Positions 14,004 to 27,799 of a stretch of 64,000 nt of DNA are shown in pieces. Under the pieces are notes generated by a model. It did no database searches. It was given only the letters and a program-made list of their open reading frames with translations, and was not told the DNA's origin. The translations under genes and the position numbers were made by a program. The stretch comes from Octopus sinensis (Eukaryota): positions 40,176,001-40,240,000 of the forward strand of contig NC_043010.1 of NCBI RefSeq assembly GCF_006345805.1, given 5' to 3'. Within the stretch, counting starts at the first letter, position 1; every line of letters begins with the position of its first letter.

Positions 14004-14710
14004 CATATATATATATATATTCAAACTTTATATAACTCTATGAAGTGATTTTAACTCAGACATGATTAATTATTAATTAGAGTATGTAATGAGGATTTTT
14101 GTTATTACTACATTATTGATGAGACAATTAAGCAGCTATTTGTTAAAAAGAAATCAAAGAAATCGAAAAAAACAAACGAAATAAAAACATCATGAAATGC
14201 CTGATCGTCAACATTAATAATAAGTAACATTACCATAATAAATTAATTAAAACGCATTATGAAGCTACATTTGAAAATATTACCATGTTTTTAGCTTCGT
14301 AATTCTAAGTCTATGATTTAAATTTAAATTTTAGCTGCTTTTAGTGAGGCAATATTCTGTAATAGAATTTCGTCTGCTATTAAAAACTTAGGTTTTGGAT
14401 TCGCAGCTTAAAGCAGTTTAATAACTCTCATGACGCTAGGTGAAGTAGAATTAATGTATACTATCAATCACGCTGCATTTGCTCTCTTAATCACTTTCAG
14501 AACTGTTATATGAACGACGCAAAATTTGCATCACTCACTTCTATAAAGTTGAAAATCTAGTAATAAAATTACAAACCTATGTCTATATAACTTTCCGTGA
14601 TAACCATATTTATGAACATGATCTGACGCAAATAACACACACACACATATACACAAGCGTACACACACACAAACACACACAACACACACACACCACACAC
14701 ACACACACAC

Positions 14711-14752
<42 letters not shown>

Positions 14753-14755
<3 letters not shown>

Positions 14756-14904
14756 GATGGGCTTCTTTCAGTTTCTGTTCTAAGAATTTGGTCGGCCCGA
14801 GGCTATAGTAGCTGACGCTTGCCCAAGGGGCTACGTAGTGGCACAGAATCCAGAACCATGTGTTTGACAAGTAAACTTCTCACCACACAGCCATGCCCGC
14901 GCCC
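14753..14904 (-). mobile_element. SINE family A, 5' half, diverged
   Basis: Head and core similarity to the 24723 copy, followed by TA/CA repeats. Confidence 0.75.
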
Positions 14905-14950
<46 letters not shown>

Positions 14951-15573
14951 TCCCACATATGTGCGTATAATTATATATATGTATAACACATAGCGGAACA
15001 CAGAGTGAGAAGCATACGAGAATATAAGCATGTGTGTGTGGGTTCAAAACGAACAATATGTAGCTTGCCGTACGGCTGTCCACGTCTGTTTTTTTTTCGG
15101 TGTTGGCCTGATTCGATATCACCATGATCTTGTTATTACAGTGTCATTACCAACATTCCATTTGCAAATGTATATAACAATGCATCAATCAGCTATAATT
15201 TGTCGATCTATACCAGTCGTGAAGGGGTTAAGCGACAAAACTTCCTCAAGCAGCATGCTGTGATACAAGTTATCGCCATGAGTGACATCATAATGCATCT
15301 TAGTTAATCTTACAAACGCATGTGAAATTGTATCTGCGACAGCCTTACTGTAGATAAAGAGCACTCCCGAGATAAGAATATTTCTATTAACGTTAAACTA
15401 ATTCTGTACAAAACAATGGCGATGATTCTTGCGGCGAAACTTGAACTGTAAACGAGAGACATACAGCGCCACACGAAAGTTGCAATCAAGTAAAACGTTC
15501 GGATGCTAAGTATGTGTCAGTGACTGGGGATATTGACCAACAAGGAGGTTGTAGCTCGCGATAAATAAGAGAC

Positions 15574-15953
15574 AGGAGGCGCAATTGCCCAGTGGTTAGG
15601 GCAGCGGACTCGCGGTCATAGGATCGCGGTTTCAATTCCCAGACCGGGCGTTGTGAGTGTTTATTGAGCGGAAACACCTAAAGCTCCACGATGCTCCGGC
15701 AGGGGATGGTAGTGATCCCTGCTGTACTCTTTCACCATAACTTTCTCTCACTCTTACTTCCTGTTTCTGTTGTACCTGTATTTCAAAGGGCCGGCCTTGT
15801 CACTCTCTGTGTCACGCTGAATATCCCCGAGAACTACGTTAAGGGTACACGTGTCTGTGGAGTGCTCAGCCACTTAAACGTTAATTTCACGAGCAGGCTG
15901 TTCCGTTGATTCGGATCAACCGGAACCCTCGTCGTCATAACCGACGGAGTGCT
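15574..15953 (+). mobile_element. tRNA-derived SINE family C, full length
   Basis: tRNA-like head GGAGGCGCAATTGCCCAGTGGTTAGGGCAGCGGACTCG...GGTTTCAATTCCC, then a body ending CCCTCGTCGTCATAACCGACGGAGTGC. Partial copies lie at 2855-2960(-), 25985-26138(-), 41140-41323(-) and 61760-62085(+). Confidence 0.85.
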
Positions 15954-15999
15954 TTCCAATTAAGAGGCAGCTAAAAACAGCTTCAAAATAATGTACGCA

Positions 16000-16260
16000 T
16001 GCTCATGGCCCGACTTCGTAAAGCTGCTTCATATACAATCCAACAAACGGGTGCGCATTGACAGCGAGGCCAAAACAAGAGATGCAAGATACAAAGATGG
16101 ACTCTTGCTCAAGTAATGGAAGAACTGGTAACAGCCCACGTGGGCTCACCCAAATATCGCCAGAGCAGAGGAACCGAATAAGCACAGTGAATGCTACCCG
16201 TGAAAGAACCGTCAACAGCTACGGTCCCATATATCTGTAGCCCAGATAGTCAAGAATATA
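16000..16260 (+). mobile_element. Possible RTE LINE 3' remnant
   Basis: Weak G..RG.NKR.K and W-containing motif pattern, heavily decayed. Confidence 0.35.
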
Positions 16261-16620
16261 AGGGCTAGAATAGCCTAGTGCGCGCTTGGATGACAGAATA
16301 CAATGAGTCATCGTCGGTAGCAACAACGTGCTAAAATGATTTATAATAGTTGGTCATTGCATTTCTTGACTAGCAAGTCGACATCAGTTTATTCTTTGAG
16401 AACATCCTGGATAATATGCGATACGTTCTATTACCTCCTGTTCATTATCTTCTCGTTCATTGTCTACCCTTCCACCATTCACTGCTACACGTTTTGACTC
16501 TCTCCCTCACCACCCTTCCCCACGCCTCCTCTTTCTCCTCTCGCACTTCCCACCACTCCCCCTCCTTTCTCTTTCTTTCGCTCTTTCTACTTAGTCAATA
16601 TATGAACACACATATAATAT

Positions 16621-16728
<108 letters not shown>

Positions 16729-16865
16729 GTATATATATACATACAAACGTACATACATACATACATACGTACATACATACATACATACATACATACATAC
16801 ATACATACATACATACATACATACATACATACGCACATACATACACACATACATACAAACATACC

Positions 16866-17403
16866 GAGGACAAATAAATAAGAACCCACAATATGGTAGA
16901 AGCCATTGCCACTCATAATAAAAAGGATAAAAAGGAACTGATATAATGCTTTGAGATAGAGAAGAGAAACTGTACGGAGTTGTGGAAATTAGCTTCCCAG
17001 TGGATGTTAACATAAAGCTGAAGATCTGTGAAAAAGACAACACCTATGCTGAATTATTGAGAAATCTACAGTTAATCTATCCAGGTTACAAGTTTAGGTT
17101 TATACCTGTAATTATTGGGATCCTGAGATACGTAACACACTGCCTAAATACCAATCTTGAGAAATTAGGCTTCTCAAAACCAGAAAGGTGAAAGCTAATT
17201 AGAGGACTGCAAATCCAATCCATCACTGGAACTGTGAAAATAAGGTAAAACTTTCCAGAAGTTTATCGTTTAAATATATATGTGCATGCCTAGATATGCA
17301 ACTATATACATGTAGGTACATGCATAAAACATACAAATCTGAACATACATACACACATACATATACACATACATACACATACATACACGCATACATACAT
17401 ACA

Positions 17404-17435
<32 letters not shown>

Positions 17436-17815
17436 CATACATACATACATACATACATACATACATAGACACATACCCTGTTGCTGATGTTGAAATTCCA
17501 GTGAACGGCATTTGGATCTACGTTAGAAACCTGTTCATTCTCTATTGGCAAGAAATCTTGAAATAAACTGAATAATAATAATACATACATACATCATACA
17601 TACATACATATATACACACACATACATACATACATACATACATACATACATACACATACATACATACATACATACATACATACATACATACATACTTACA
17701 TACAAAGATGTCACGTTGTCGAAGTTGAAATTCGAATGAAGGAGCCTTGGGTCTAGTTTTGAAACCGTTTCTTTCTCTATTGCCAAGCAATCTTGAAATT
17801 AACTGAATAATGACA
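16866..17815 (+). pseudogene. R4/Dong-type non-LTR retrotransposon 3' end (restriction-like endonuclease) in (TACA)n arrays
   Basis: ...DIML.DREEKL..VVEISFPVDVNIKLKICEKDNTYAELLRNLQLIYPGYKFRFIPVIIG...NLEKLGFSKPER is the RLE C-terminus. Two similar 3'-UTR blocks lie at 17470-17580 and 17700-17815. Confidence 0.75.
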
Positions 17816-18123
17816 TACATACATACATACATACATGTATACATTCTGTTCAACATCGTATATTGTAACCGTCCATCCCATTAGCCCAACCTATAAGCCG
17901 TTTTAATGTGAAAGATCGAAGACTTGCAATTTATACTCATTACGACTATCGAATTAACGAATCTATGAACTCTCCCACACAAGTTCTTAGTCGTTCTTAC
18001 ACACTTAAAAATACGAGGACATCCATAGAATCCTATTATGATGCTTAATCAAGTTAGCACTGCATTCTATTAATAGGATCGTTGATGAGTTTATACATAT
18101 GTACATGAATCTAATTTATATAT

Positions 18124-18197
<74 letters not shown>

Positions 18198-18235
18198 ATA
18201 CAAACATACATACATATATATATATATACATATAG

Positions 18236-18314
<79 letters not shown>

Positions 18315-18332
18315 ATATATATAATATATATA

Positions 18333-18363
<31 letters not shown>

Positions 18364-18684
18364 AACACAAACACACATACACACAATATAATAGATTCAC
18401 CTTAATTGACCTATTAGAAGACACCTTTAAGTGTTTTCATAAAAGTTGTAAAGAAATTACATTTTTGGTTTATTTATTTATTGCTTGTTCGTCTGTGGTG
18501 TTTAATTTTATAGCTAAGTGATATTAAAATGATTTCTGATGAGGGATGTAGCCAGGCGGACGCATCGTAATTAGTAGATAATTTGGATAATTTGAAGAAC
18601 TACTAAGAGAAACATTAATGTACTTTCAACATTTAACAAACATAGACACGCACACACGCGACACACGCACGTATATAGATATGT

Positions 18685-18910
18685 TTAAGTTGGCGAGCTG
18701 GTTGACTCTTTGCCGCGCCGGACATAACCGCTTAGTAGCATTTCTTCCGGATCTTTACTTCGTGGTTTCAAATGTCACCCGAGTCAGCTTTGCTTTTCAC
18801 TATTTTGGAGTCGACAAAATTTGTACCAGTTCAGCCCTAGGCTCAATGCAATCAGCTTACCACTTCCCTCTAAGTTTCAGGCCCTTTGCATATTGTAGAA
18901 AGAATATAGA
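18685..18910 (+). mobile_element. SINE family B, degenerate
   Basis: TGGCGAGCTGG...TTCAAATGTCACCCGAGTCAGCTTTGCTTTTCA similarity to family B. Confidence 0.6.
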
Positions 18911-19119
18911 GATGTGTGTGAGCAGACATAATGGTGTGGCAAAGAAATCCAATTCATGAATACATGGTAGCGGTTTTGTTCCTAGCAAATCTAGAACCTA
19001 GGCATACTGTTTCATTTTCATTTCACATTGAGAAAATGATTTGTGTATTAATGTGGCTGAGTTTATGAGTATGTTAATTTAATGAGTTTATATAACATTT
19101 ACAATTATCTTACTGGCGA

Positions 19120-19810
19120 TCTATCATGGTCAAGATCCCTAACTGACGCGCCAGTCGCTGGGGTGACACTCTAGAGGCTCTCGCTGTCAGCTGTCACCAC
19201 TGGTCTGTTTTTATTGCCATGCGCAGTACGTTCCACTCTTGTGACATGTCTACTTCCTGGTGTTGTCAAACCAGGATTTTCTCTGTCTGTTTCTTTTTCT
19301 CCCTCTCTCACCTATACTCTGAAGATTGGGTTTATAAAGAGAATTGTGGCGGAATACATGATAGTACTAGGAACCCATTCATCTTTTTAACTGTGCAAGG
19401 AGTGATTCCTGTCTGCTAAAGTATTTTCTGACAAAGCTGATCGTTTTGTGTTCTATGTAAGCGGTATGAAATATTTGTATTCAAGTGTCAGGATTCTTCG
19501 CCTCTTGTTAGCAATAAGTGAGAGCATCTGTAACACCCATACAAAAGGATCGAAATTAATGCCATTGCTTTTCTCTATTTTTCCGCTTCATCATGGCAGT
19601 AGAGGCTAAACTGAGTTTTATTGTTATTTGGTCAAAGTGAATCCTATGTACTTGCAGGTGTCTACTTCGTCAAATCTTTTTCCATTCAGCATAATGTTGG
19701 TTGCTGTGTTTTCATTGTTACTATCAACCAGGATTTTGCTCTTTTATGCTCCTCGATACTTTTTCCAGTCTGGTGGTGAGCATTTTTAGGTTTGCTTCAC
19801 TGTTTTTATT
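19120..19810 (-). pseudogene. RTE-clade LINE 3' portion, decayed
   Basis: The minus strand gives ...KILV...IMLNGKRFDEVDTCKYIG...LYGC..L...HVFRHNSL..NLQSIGE...RKSWFDN, which are RTE thumb/C-terminal motifs. Confidence 0.7.
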
Positions 19811-20901
19811 CTATTAATTACATTCAAGTTGTTTGACTATGCACTGCTATAGAAATTATGGTCTGTCTCAATCAGTTTACACTATGATTAGCTTTTAACT
19901 AATAACGTAAAGTTTAGACATCAAAAAATTGTATTCAGATGAAGGGGTGGCAAGACTGAAACTAGAAATATTGCCAAGCTTTCCTGGCGTAACCAGGCTG
20001 GTTTCTTTTCACAGGGTACCATATTCTATGCGCCTTTTGAAAATACACCTTACAGTTGAAGTTAAAGTTATCCGGGAAACGCTCTATTGTGTGCTACTAA
20101 TTCATTATTCCACATCGCCAGCGCATGCTCCTGTTTTGATTTAGGCAGCAAAACATAGTACTGGTCGAGTTTGTATATATTGTTCCTTCAGACACAAAAT
20201 CTTTATTCTATAAATATCTACAAAGCTAGAAATACAAAATAAATATATATTTCATCAGCTTTTTAAGTATTTTCGCAGAAATATCATATTCAACCGAATG
20301 AATAGAATCTAGAACTAATTTTTCAACATACACTATTTTTGTTTTACTTTGAGGTTTAGTTCCTCCTTTTGTAAACACTTTTGAACATTTTAATGTTAGT
20401 GCGACAGAGGCCTTCATTCGGACTTCAAATAGAATAGCGAAGCTTTCCAGTCAATGATAAAAGTGTGTTGAATACACCATATATTAGGTTTCAAAAGCTG
20501 ATTCATAATTGAAAACGGCTGTGAATCGTATTCGTGAAACTCGTCATAGAACATCTTTCATATAATGTTTTTCTGTTGTTTTCTGCGTCGATCTGTTTTA
20601 CCTACTTCACATTTTGCCGGTCTTTTATGTCAATTCCTCCCTTTTAACATATTTACGCTGTTAATAAATTCCTTTTAAGTTCTCTTAGTAAAAATATTGG
20701 CTTTGGATGTTTTTGCGCGCAGGAAGTTACTAATGTAAGTCTCTCATCTCATAAACACAGACTGACATACAGACATACGCATAGAAACGTACCTGAGTGC
20801 AAGTACATGTACATATGTTCCTACAGACACATACAAACGCATAAGTATTATTCATTCAGTAGATGATAGCTCAGAAATGCACAAGTATAACAAATACATA
20901 C

Positions 20902-21029
20902 ATCCTCTGTAAACGACAATCGGAAACACTATTTCCCACTCAGGTAATATACCCTCGAGGGAAAGTGTCCGAAGCAGATCCAACACTTCAGAATCAGCTA
21001 CTACATAGTTGAGAACTCTCTCTTCCAGG
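20902..21029 (-). CDS. Candidate minus-strand exon (LEERVLNYVVADSEVLDLLRTLSLEGILPEWEIVFPIVVYRG)
   Basis: Acceptor TTCCTATCTTATAAAG|, donor GAT|GTATGT, 128 nt open, in-frame stop just upstream, protein-like composition. Conflicts in strand with the other candidates. Confidence 0.3.
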
Positions 21030-21394
21030 CTTTATAAGATAGGAATCATTAAATTAAAAGAGATATTTTCTAGAATCCGCAACTCTCCATTTTGATAGGT
21101 TAAAAATATACTTACTTATCGAGAAATTATATACCTTATATCAACGAAGCCTTAGGCATCAGATTTGATAATGGAGGTAATGGCTGTAAATCTTTATCAA
21201 AATAAATATTCCTATCTGTAGTGAAGGTGAAGTTATCACTCACATATAAAACATTTTAGGGGTAACGAGATGAGAAGATATACTTTAATGGCTTCAGTAA
21301 AAATTTCAATAAAAATAAAAATACAGGATCAAAAGAAACGAGGAAAGGTGACATTGTTTTCTTGAATAAGAGGTTAATGGGACAATAAATATTA

Positions 21395-22000
21395 TTTTCC
21401 ACTCTAGGCACAAGGCCCGAAGTTTTTGGGGAGGGAGCCAGTCGATTAGATCGACCTAGTACGCAACCGGTACTTAATTTATCGACCCCAAAAGGATAAA
21501 CAGCAAAGTGGACCTCGGCAGAATTTGAACTCAGAACATAAAGACAGACAAAATGCCGCTAAGCATTTCACCCGGCTCACCGACATTTGGAAAAGAAATA
21601 TTTATTTCTTTATTGCCCACAGGGGGCTAAACATAGAGGGGACAAGCAAGGACAGACACAGAGTTTAAGTGCGTAACTGGTACTTATTTAATCGACCCCG
21701 AAAGGATGAAGGGCAAAGGCGACCTCGGCGGAATTTGAACTCAGAACTTGAAGACAGACGAAATACCTATTTCTTTACTACCAACAAGGGGCTAAACACA
21801 GAGAGGACAAACAAGGACAGACAAACGGATTAAGTCGATTATATCGACTTCAGTGCGTAACAGGTACTTAATTTATCGACCCCGAAAGGATGAAAGGCAA
21901 AGTCGACCTCGGCAGAATTTGAACTCAGAACGTAGCGGCAGACGAAATACTGCTAAGCATTTCTAACGCCGTGCTAACGTTTCTACCGGCTCGCTGCCTT
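21395..22000 (-). mobile_element. Composite of three family B SINE units
   Basis: Three repeats of GGCAGAATTTGAACTCAGAAC/GGCGGAATTTGAACTCAGAAC, each with family B body sequence. Confidence 0.85.
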
Positions 22001-22871
22001 TTGGGAAAAGGAATACTGAAGTAAAAGCATATCTGGTGTTGATGACTTATTTGAAACTCCGTTCCCATTGTGTACGCATGAAATTCAATTCATATGTGAC
22101 AGTAGGAATCATACAACCGTTTATTAAATTATAAAACGAAACCGTTAAAAATCCTTTCATTTTCTTCCTGTTCTCTACTTATTTATGATTCATTAAATGC
22201 GTTTATAATTCCACTTTTAACCTTTAAAGCGTATTTCACACACTTGCCTTTAATCTGCATTTATCCTTATCCATTTGCACACTAAACTTCGTATAAGCTT
22301 TTATGAACTCATTCTTATTGCAACTTGAAGCGTTGTCTTGCTTCCATTTTATTTTAATCTACTCTTCGATAACTTCTAATCGTTTATATTATAGCTTAAA
22401 CTTGCAACGCATTCGTTTCCGCACACTTTAATTTCATGTTATATTAAGTTTAATTTCACAATATATGCCTTGTGTACGTTGTTTCTAGATTTAATACTTG
22501 CATTGTTTCAATATATAACAAGTTCCTCTTAATTACGCAACAATAGCCACCAGAACTGCCACCACAACCACCACCACTGCCGCCACCACCACCACCACCA
22601 TCACCACCAGCTTCATCAGTGTCACCATTCTCATTATCAGCTCTCTTCTTCAAGTACGCACGGCTACAGATGAATGTAGTAGACTTTCTTGTATGAAGCG
22701 TGTTCTTGTGTGTGAAGTAAGAATTTAAATCAACTAATTTTATTATTACAATATCAAACAAGTTGCAGCTATCGTCTGCTATCAAGAACAATGTAACAGA
22801 TATTTACCTATGTTTACGTGCATGAAATTCGCCACAACAGTACCATAAGAGAATTGACAAGTTGCTTTCAG

Positions 22872-22944
22872 CTACCCAAGGCCATTGATCAAGTTTGTGG
22901 AGGGAAGATTTGGCCTACCGTCTTTTTCATGGGCTGAATTTCAA
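22872..22944 (+). CDS. Candidate internal exon of an unidentified host gene (YPRPLIKFVEGRFGLPSFSWAEFQ)
   Basis: Acceptor TTGCTTTCAG|C, donor CAA|GTATGT, 73 nt, GC above the flanks, open in the frame shown. No family recognised. Confidence 0.4.
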
Positions 22945-23332
22945 GTATGTCCGAAAAAATTAATTGTAAACATCACGATAATCTATTTCATTATTAGCTC
23001 CGAGTCCACACTTGGCTCTCCATTTTATTGATAATGTAATATTTATTTTCTTATATGAAAAACGACGTGTATGATGCGTTAGTATTACCATATATTACTG
23101 TTCAGTCCGGCTGCAAATCTCTAGGATTTCGAGCATAGATGTCAGAAAAATGTTGTAACTTCTCTTTAACAATTATATACATTTTATTTATTATTTTGTA
23201 CTTTACTTAATTATTGGTATGTTTTTATCGTATATTCAATTTTTTTCTATATGGTATAATTTAATTATATCATTGTTATTCATTGTTGAATTGATAAAAG
23301 TTGGTTCTTCTCTAATTTATATTCACACATTC

Positions 23333-23404
<72 letters not shown>

Positions 23405-24257
23405 GAAATTTGCGTAATGTATAACTTAGGTAGATTTAACTAAAAGTGCGTATATCATTTTCTGTTAATTTTAAAGTTGACAGTTTTCTGCATGGATGTA
23501 TAATGCATACGTACATACATCTTTTCATAAATGCACACAGACTCGCAGTTTCTACTCAGACAATGTTCTTCAATGTGTATTCAAAACAATTCGACTAGGC
23601 TAGAACATAACACTATCAGTTTAAACAGCAGGTAACCAATTATTGCGGCAGACATATGCATAAATTATATATTTCTATGCCTCTAGCGAACGTAAATAAA
23701 TGAATCCCTCTCGTAGACATAATGAACAAGATGCAATGAGTTAGCTTGTATCGCATTACGTATTACCACTTTCGCAGCTGGTATCTTATATAATTAATTA
23801 TTTGTTCTAAGTTAGTGCTAACGTATTTCTTGAGCAACGCGTCATATTATTGCTGCAGTGAAGAACTTTTGGTGAAATATGAAGTTTGATCTTCTGAAGA
23901 GTTATTGACTACATAAACGAAAACATGTTTTATATATATATGTAAGTCAACTTAAACGCCAAGCGTTGGGTTTTCATTTTTCTTGTATCATTAATCCATT
24001 TCATACGAGCACTCACAAAACACACACACATACACACACACACATGCAAGCACACGCACACATAAACACAAGCACACACGCGAACACACATACAAGCACA
24101 TGTATATATATATATATAATATATATACATATACATGTATATATAATATATATATATATATATATAATATATATATATATATTATATATATATATATATA
24201 CATATACATGTATATATATATATATACATATACATGTATATACATATATACATATAC

Positions 24258-24326
<69 letters not shown>

Positions 24327-24722
24327 AACACACTAACACCGGTTTGGTTGGTTAGTTGGTTGCTTAATTGGTTAATTAGTTGGTTCTCTAGCCACCTTTT
24401 ACATTGTATAAAGGAAGTGTTGAATTGAACTATAGAAAGAACCGACATAACAGGTTCGCAGCGAATGCTTATGGTACTCTTCGCAGCAGGAAATATGTAA
24501 ATACAAGCTATACACGCATTGAAAGTGTAAGAATTACTGAGGCAGAGAGAGAGAGAAAGCATTTAAATACATTCATGCACATATACATACATAGAGACAA
24601 CCAGGGAGCGTTGTGAATTATGCATGTTTGTGGGTATGTATCTATATGCAGAATGAGAGAGAAACAGAAACAGAAAGAGCGAGTCATAAATGTGGAAGTG
24701 TATATATATATATATATATATA

Positions 24723-25116
24723 TAGGCGCAGGAGTGGCTGTGTGGTAAGTAGCTTGCTAACCAACCACATGGTCCTGGGTTCAGTCCCACTGCGTGGCTT
24801 CTTGGGCAAGAGTCTTCTGCTATAGCCTAGGGCCGACCAATGCCTTGTGAGTGGATTTGGTAGACGGAAACTGATAGAAGCCTGTCGTATATGTGTATAT
24901 GTATGTGTGTGTATATGTTTGTCCCCCTAGCATTGCTTGACAACCGATGGTGGTGTGTTTACGTCCCCGTCACTTAGCGGTTCGGAAAAAAAGACCGATA
25001 GAATAAGTACTGGGCTTACAAAGAATAAGTCTCGGTGTCGATTTGCTCGACTAAAGGCGGTTCTCCAGCATGGCAGCAGTCAAATGACTGAAACAAGTAA
25101 AAGAGAAAAAAGAGTG
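24723..25116 (+). mobile_element. SINE family A, full length
   Basis: AGGCGCAGGAGTGGCTGTGTGGTAAG head through CAAATGACTGAAACAAGTAAAAGAG tail. Confidence 0.9.
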
Positions 25117-25119
25117 AAA

Positions 25120-25168
<49 letters not shown>

Positions 25169-25345
25169 TATATATATCGGGAAGTATATTTGCCACCTAA
25201 ATGTGGCTAGCCATTAAGGATCGATACTACTGTAGCTTGTAGCCCCAGGATGACATCTCCTCCAGCTGGATATTGGCACACAATCTGTGCCCTATCAGTA
25301 TTTGCAAAGGGAAGTCATCATTCCTATCTCCAACCTGACATGATA

Positions 25346-25390
25346 CACATGGACCCGGGTTTCTGAGTATTGACCCGTCATCAGCGTGTG
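25346..25390 (-). ncRNA. Minimal type-I hammerhead motif in a diverged copy of the 362-bp repeat family
   Basis: CACACG-CUGAUGA-CGGG-UCAAUA-CUCA-GAAAC-CCGG-GUC-CAUGUG. The surrounding 25195-25400 aligns with 44330-44535. Confidence 0.7.
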
Positions 25391-25669
25391 ACAACCACCG
25401 GTTGGCGTTGGGAAGTGATTCTCAATGCAAATATATATACTTTCACCAGTCACCGATCTCGAAAAAGTGGAAACAAGCGATAATAAGCCAGTGAGCAAGT
25501 TATAAACTGTAGCCGCACGACATCGTGAAGTATATTTACCATCTAAATTCATCCTTATTCCTCAATTACCCCTTCCTTTGTCATTCATATGTCGTGACCT
25601 AGAAAAACGCAAGAATATTATTATATTAGATATCTGGTACATTGATTTCAAATTTTGGCACAAAGCCAG

Positions 25670-25800
25670 CAGTATCAAGCAAATGTAAGTCGGTACTCTT
25701 GACTCCAGTGTTCAACTTGTACTCTTTTATCGACCCCGACCCAAAAGAATGAAGGGCAAAATCGACCACGGTAGAATTTGAACTCAGAACCTAAAGATGG
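25670..25800 (-). mobile_element. SINE family B fragment
   Basis: TTTATCGACCCC...AGAATTTGAACTCAGAAC. Confidence 0.7.
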
Positions 25801-26138
25801 ATGCAATAGCTCATTCCATAAATGGTGGCTTTTAACGGGTGGAGAGCTGAACCATCCTGGGGTGCAGAGGATTCGCATTCTAGACTAGGGTCTGAAAGGT
25901 TACCACACCATAATGGATTACAACATGGTTCCTCTGCTTTGTGGCAGAAGTAGGAAGAAAGAGTGAAATTGGTGAAAGAGTACAGCGAGGTTCACCACCA
26001 CCACCACCTCAGCTGGAGCCTCGTGGAGCTTAGGTGTTTTTGCTCAATAAACACTCCCAATGCCCGGACTGGGAATCGAAACCGCGTTCTTACGACCACG
26101 AGTCCACTGCCCTAACTACTGGGCCATTGTGCCTCCAC

Positions 26139-26719
26139 AAGTGTTGTTTTTGCATGACAACGCACGCCCACACACAGCCACCAAGACCGTTGAAATCATT
26201 AACCCATTTCTTTATTACCCACAAGGGGCTAAACATAGAGGGGACAAACAATGACAGACATAAGTATTAAGTCGATTACATGTGCGTAACTGGTGCTTAA
26301 TTTATCGACCCCGAAAGGATGAAAGGCAAAGTCGACCTCGGCGGAATTTGAACTCACAACGTAACGGCAGACGAAATACTGCAAATCATTTCGCCCGGAG
26401 TGCTAACGCTTCTGCCAGTTCGCCGTTGAAATCATTAACCGATTACCTACAGCCCAGATCTCGCCCCTTCCGACTAACATATCTTTGGACGGCTCATCGA
26501 TTTCCTACAGTTGAAGATATGAAGGAAATGGTGCATAAATGGTTGCACAACTAACAGAAAACCTTCTTGGAGTGAATACGCAAGCCTATCGATCGCTGGA
26601 CGAAGTGCATCAAAAAGTAAGGAGACTATATGGGAAAATAGCGCACTTCTTTATCCCCTACTTTTGTGTAAATACATTGATAAAACAAAAGCACGTATAA
26701 GTTTTAACTCTCCCTCGTA
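26139..26719 (+). pseudogene. Mariner transposase C-terminal remnant with right TIR, interrupted by a SINE
   Basis: VLFLHDNARPHTATKT...YSPDLAPSD...HRFPTVEDMKEMVHKWL...RWTKCIKK.GDY. The end ...AACTCTCCCTCGTA is the reverse complement of a TACGAGGG mariner TIR. Confidence 0.85.
26205..26426 (-). mobile_element. SINE family B inserted into a mariner remnant
   Basis: Full family B unit flanked by the direct repeat CCGTTGAAATCATTAACC (26187-26204 and 26423-26440). Confidence 0.9.
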
Positions 26720-27297
26720 TATAAATGTATATAACTATATATACTAATATGTGTGTATGTATGTATGTATGTACATTATATAAGTTTTGAAGTTTTTAAT
26801 TCATTCCGAGTGTCAGAACTAAAACGAAAGTTATTTTATATCCATATTTTTTTCCATCATGTATTCATTAAGCAGCTGCGGTGAATTGATAATTAGTTAT
26901 GGTGACTACTTATGCTGTTTCGTCTATCAGGGTCTCGTCTGGTACAGAAACACTCCTGCACGTTGCCAAAGGCATAACGTTACATATTGTAATGGCGGAC
27001 ATTTTAATTATATTCCCAGTATGATGTCCAATTATATTGAGACAATATAATACATGCCTAACATTAATAATAGTGTCCACAATTTGTTATCACAGGAAAT
27101 CAATCGACTTCAGTCAGTCATGTAACATTTCGAGTCTCTTCTATATATTTCTTTAATACATTAAATTTACATTTAAATTTGTCTCTGTACAGGTGTGTAT
27201 ATATATACATATATATACATATATATATATATCTATAGATATATATAAATATACTTATATATATATATGTATATATATATACTTATATATATATATG

Positions 27298-27340
<43 letters not shown>

Positions 27341-27485
27341 TTATATACTTATATACTTATATATATATATACATATACATATATATATACATATATATAC
27401 ATATATATATATATAATATGAATATACATATATATATTTGTGTGTGCTTGTGTGCGTGTGTACATACATATATATATGAGCATGT

Positions 27486-27523
<38 letters not shown>

Positions 27524-27799
27524 TATATAAATGTGTGGGGTGCGTGCGTGTGGGTGTATGTATATGTATTGTTTAATAACGGTTTCACATGGCTCCATGC
27601 AACTTAAGCATTTGAAGACTGGTAGAACGAAGCTAGTTCCTCAGACACGTTGAGATCTAACCTCAAAATACCTGACGAGTATATGAAGTATTAAACTACA
27701 TGGAAAGGAATCGAACTCTCGTCATTAAATAATACATATGGACCTACCAAATGTGTTAAATGACACTTTTCTCCATTTGCCCTCTCTCTCTCTTATGTC

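Noticed and set aside
15574-15650. Possible tRNA gene (and similar heads at 643, 6440, 26070, 41260)
   Set aside because: The A/B-box-like head runs straight into a shared SINE body and lacks a clean acceptor stem. These are SINE heads.
18535-18587. CUGAUGA-GGGAUG...CAUC-GUAAUUAGUA hammerhead-like string
   Set aside because: GAAA is mutated, helix I is weak, and there is no related copy in the window.
22456-22791. 111-aa minus ORF with a poly-Gly stretch
   Set aside because: The Gly run is a (CCA)n-type trinucleotide repeat, and the remainder has no recognisable domain or clear splice boundaries.
23894-23930. CUGAAGA-GUUAU...AUAAAC-GAAAACAUGUUU hammerhead-like string
   Set aside because: Helix III is palindromic, but there is no helix I partner because the sequence runs into (TA)n. 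It could be a truncated relic; left unreported as a feature.
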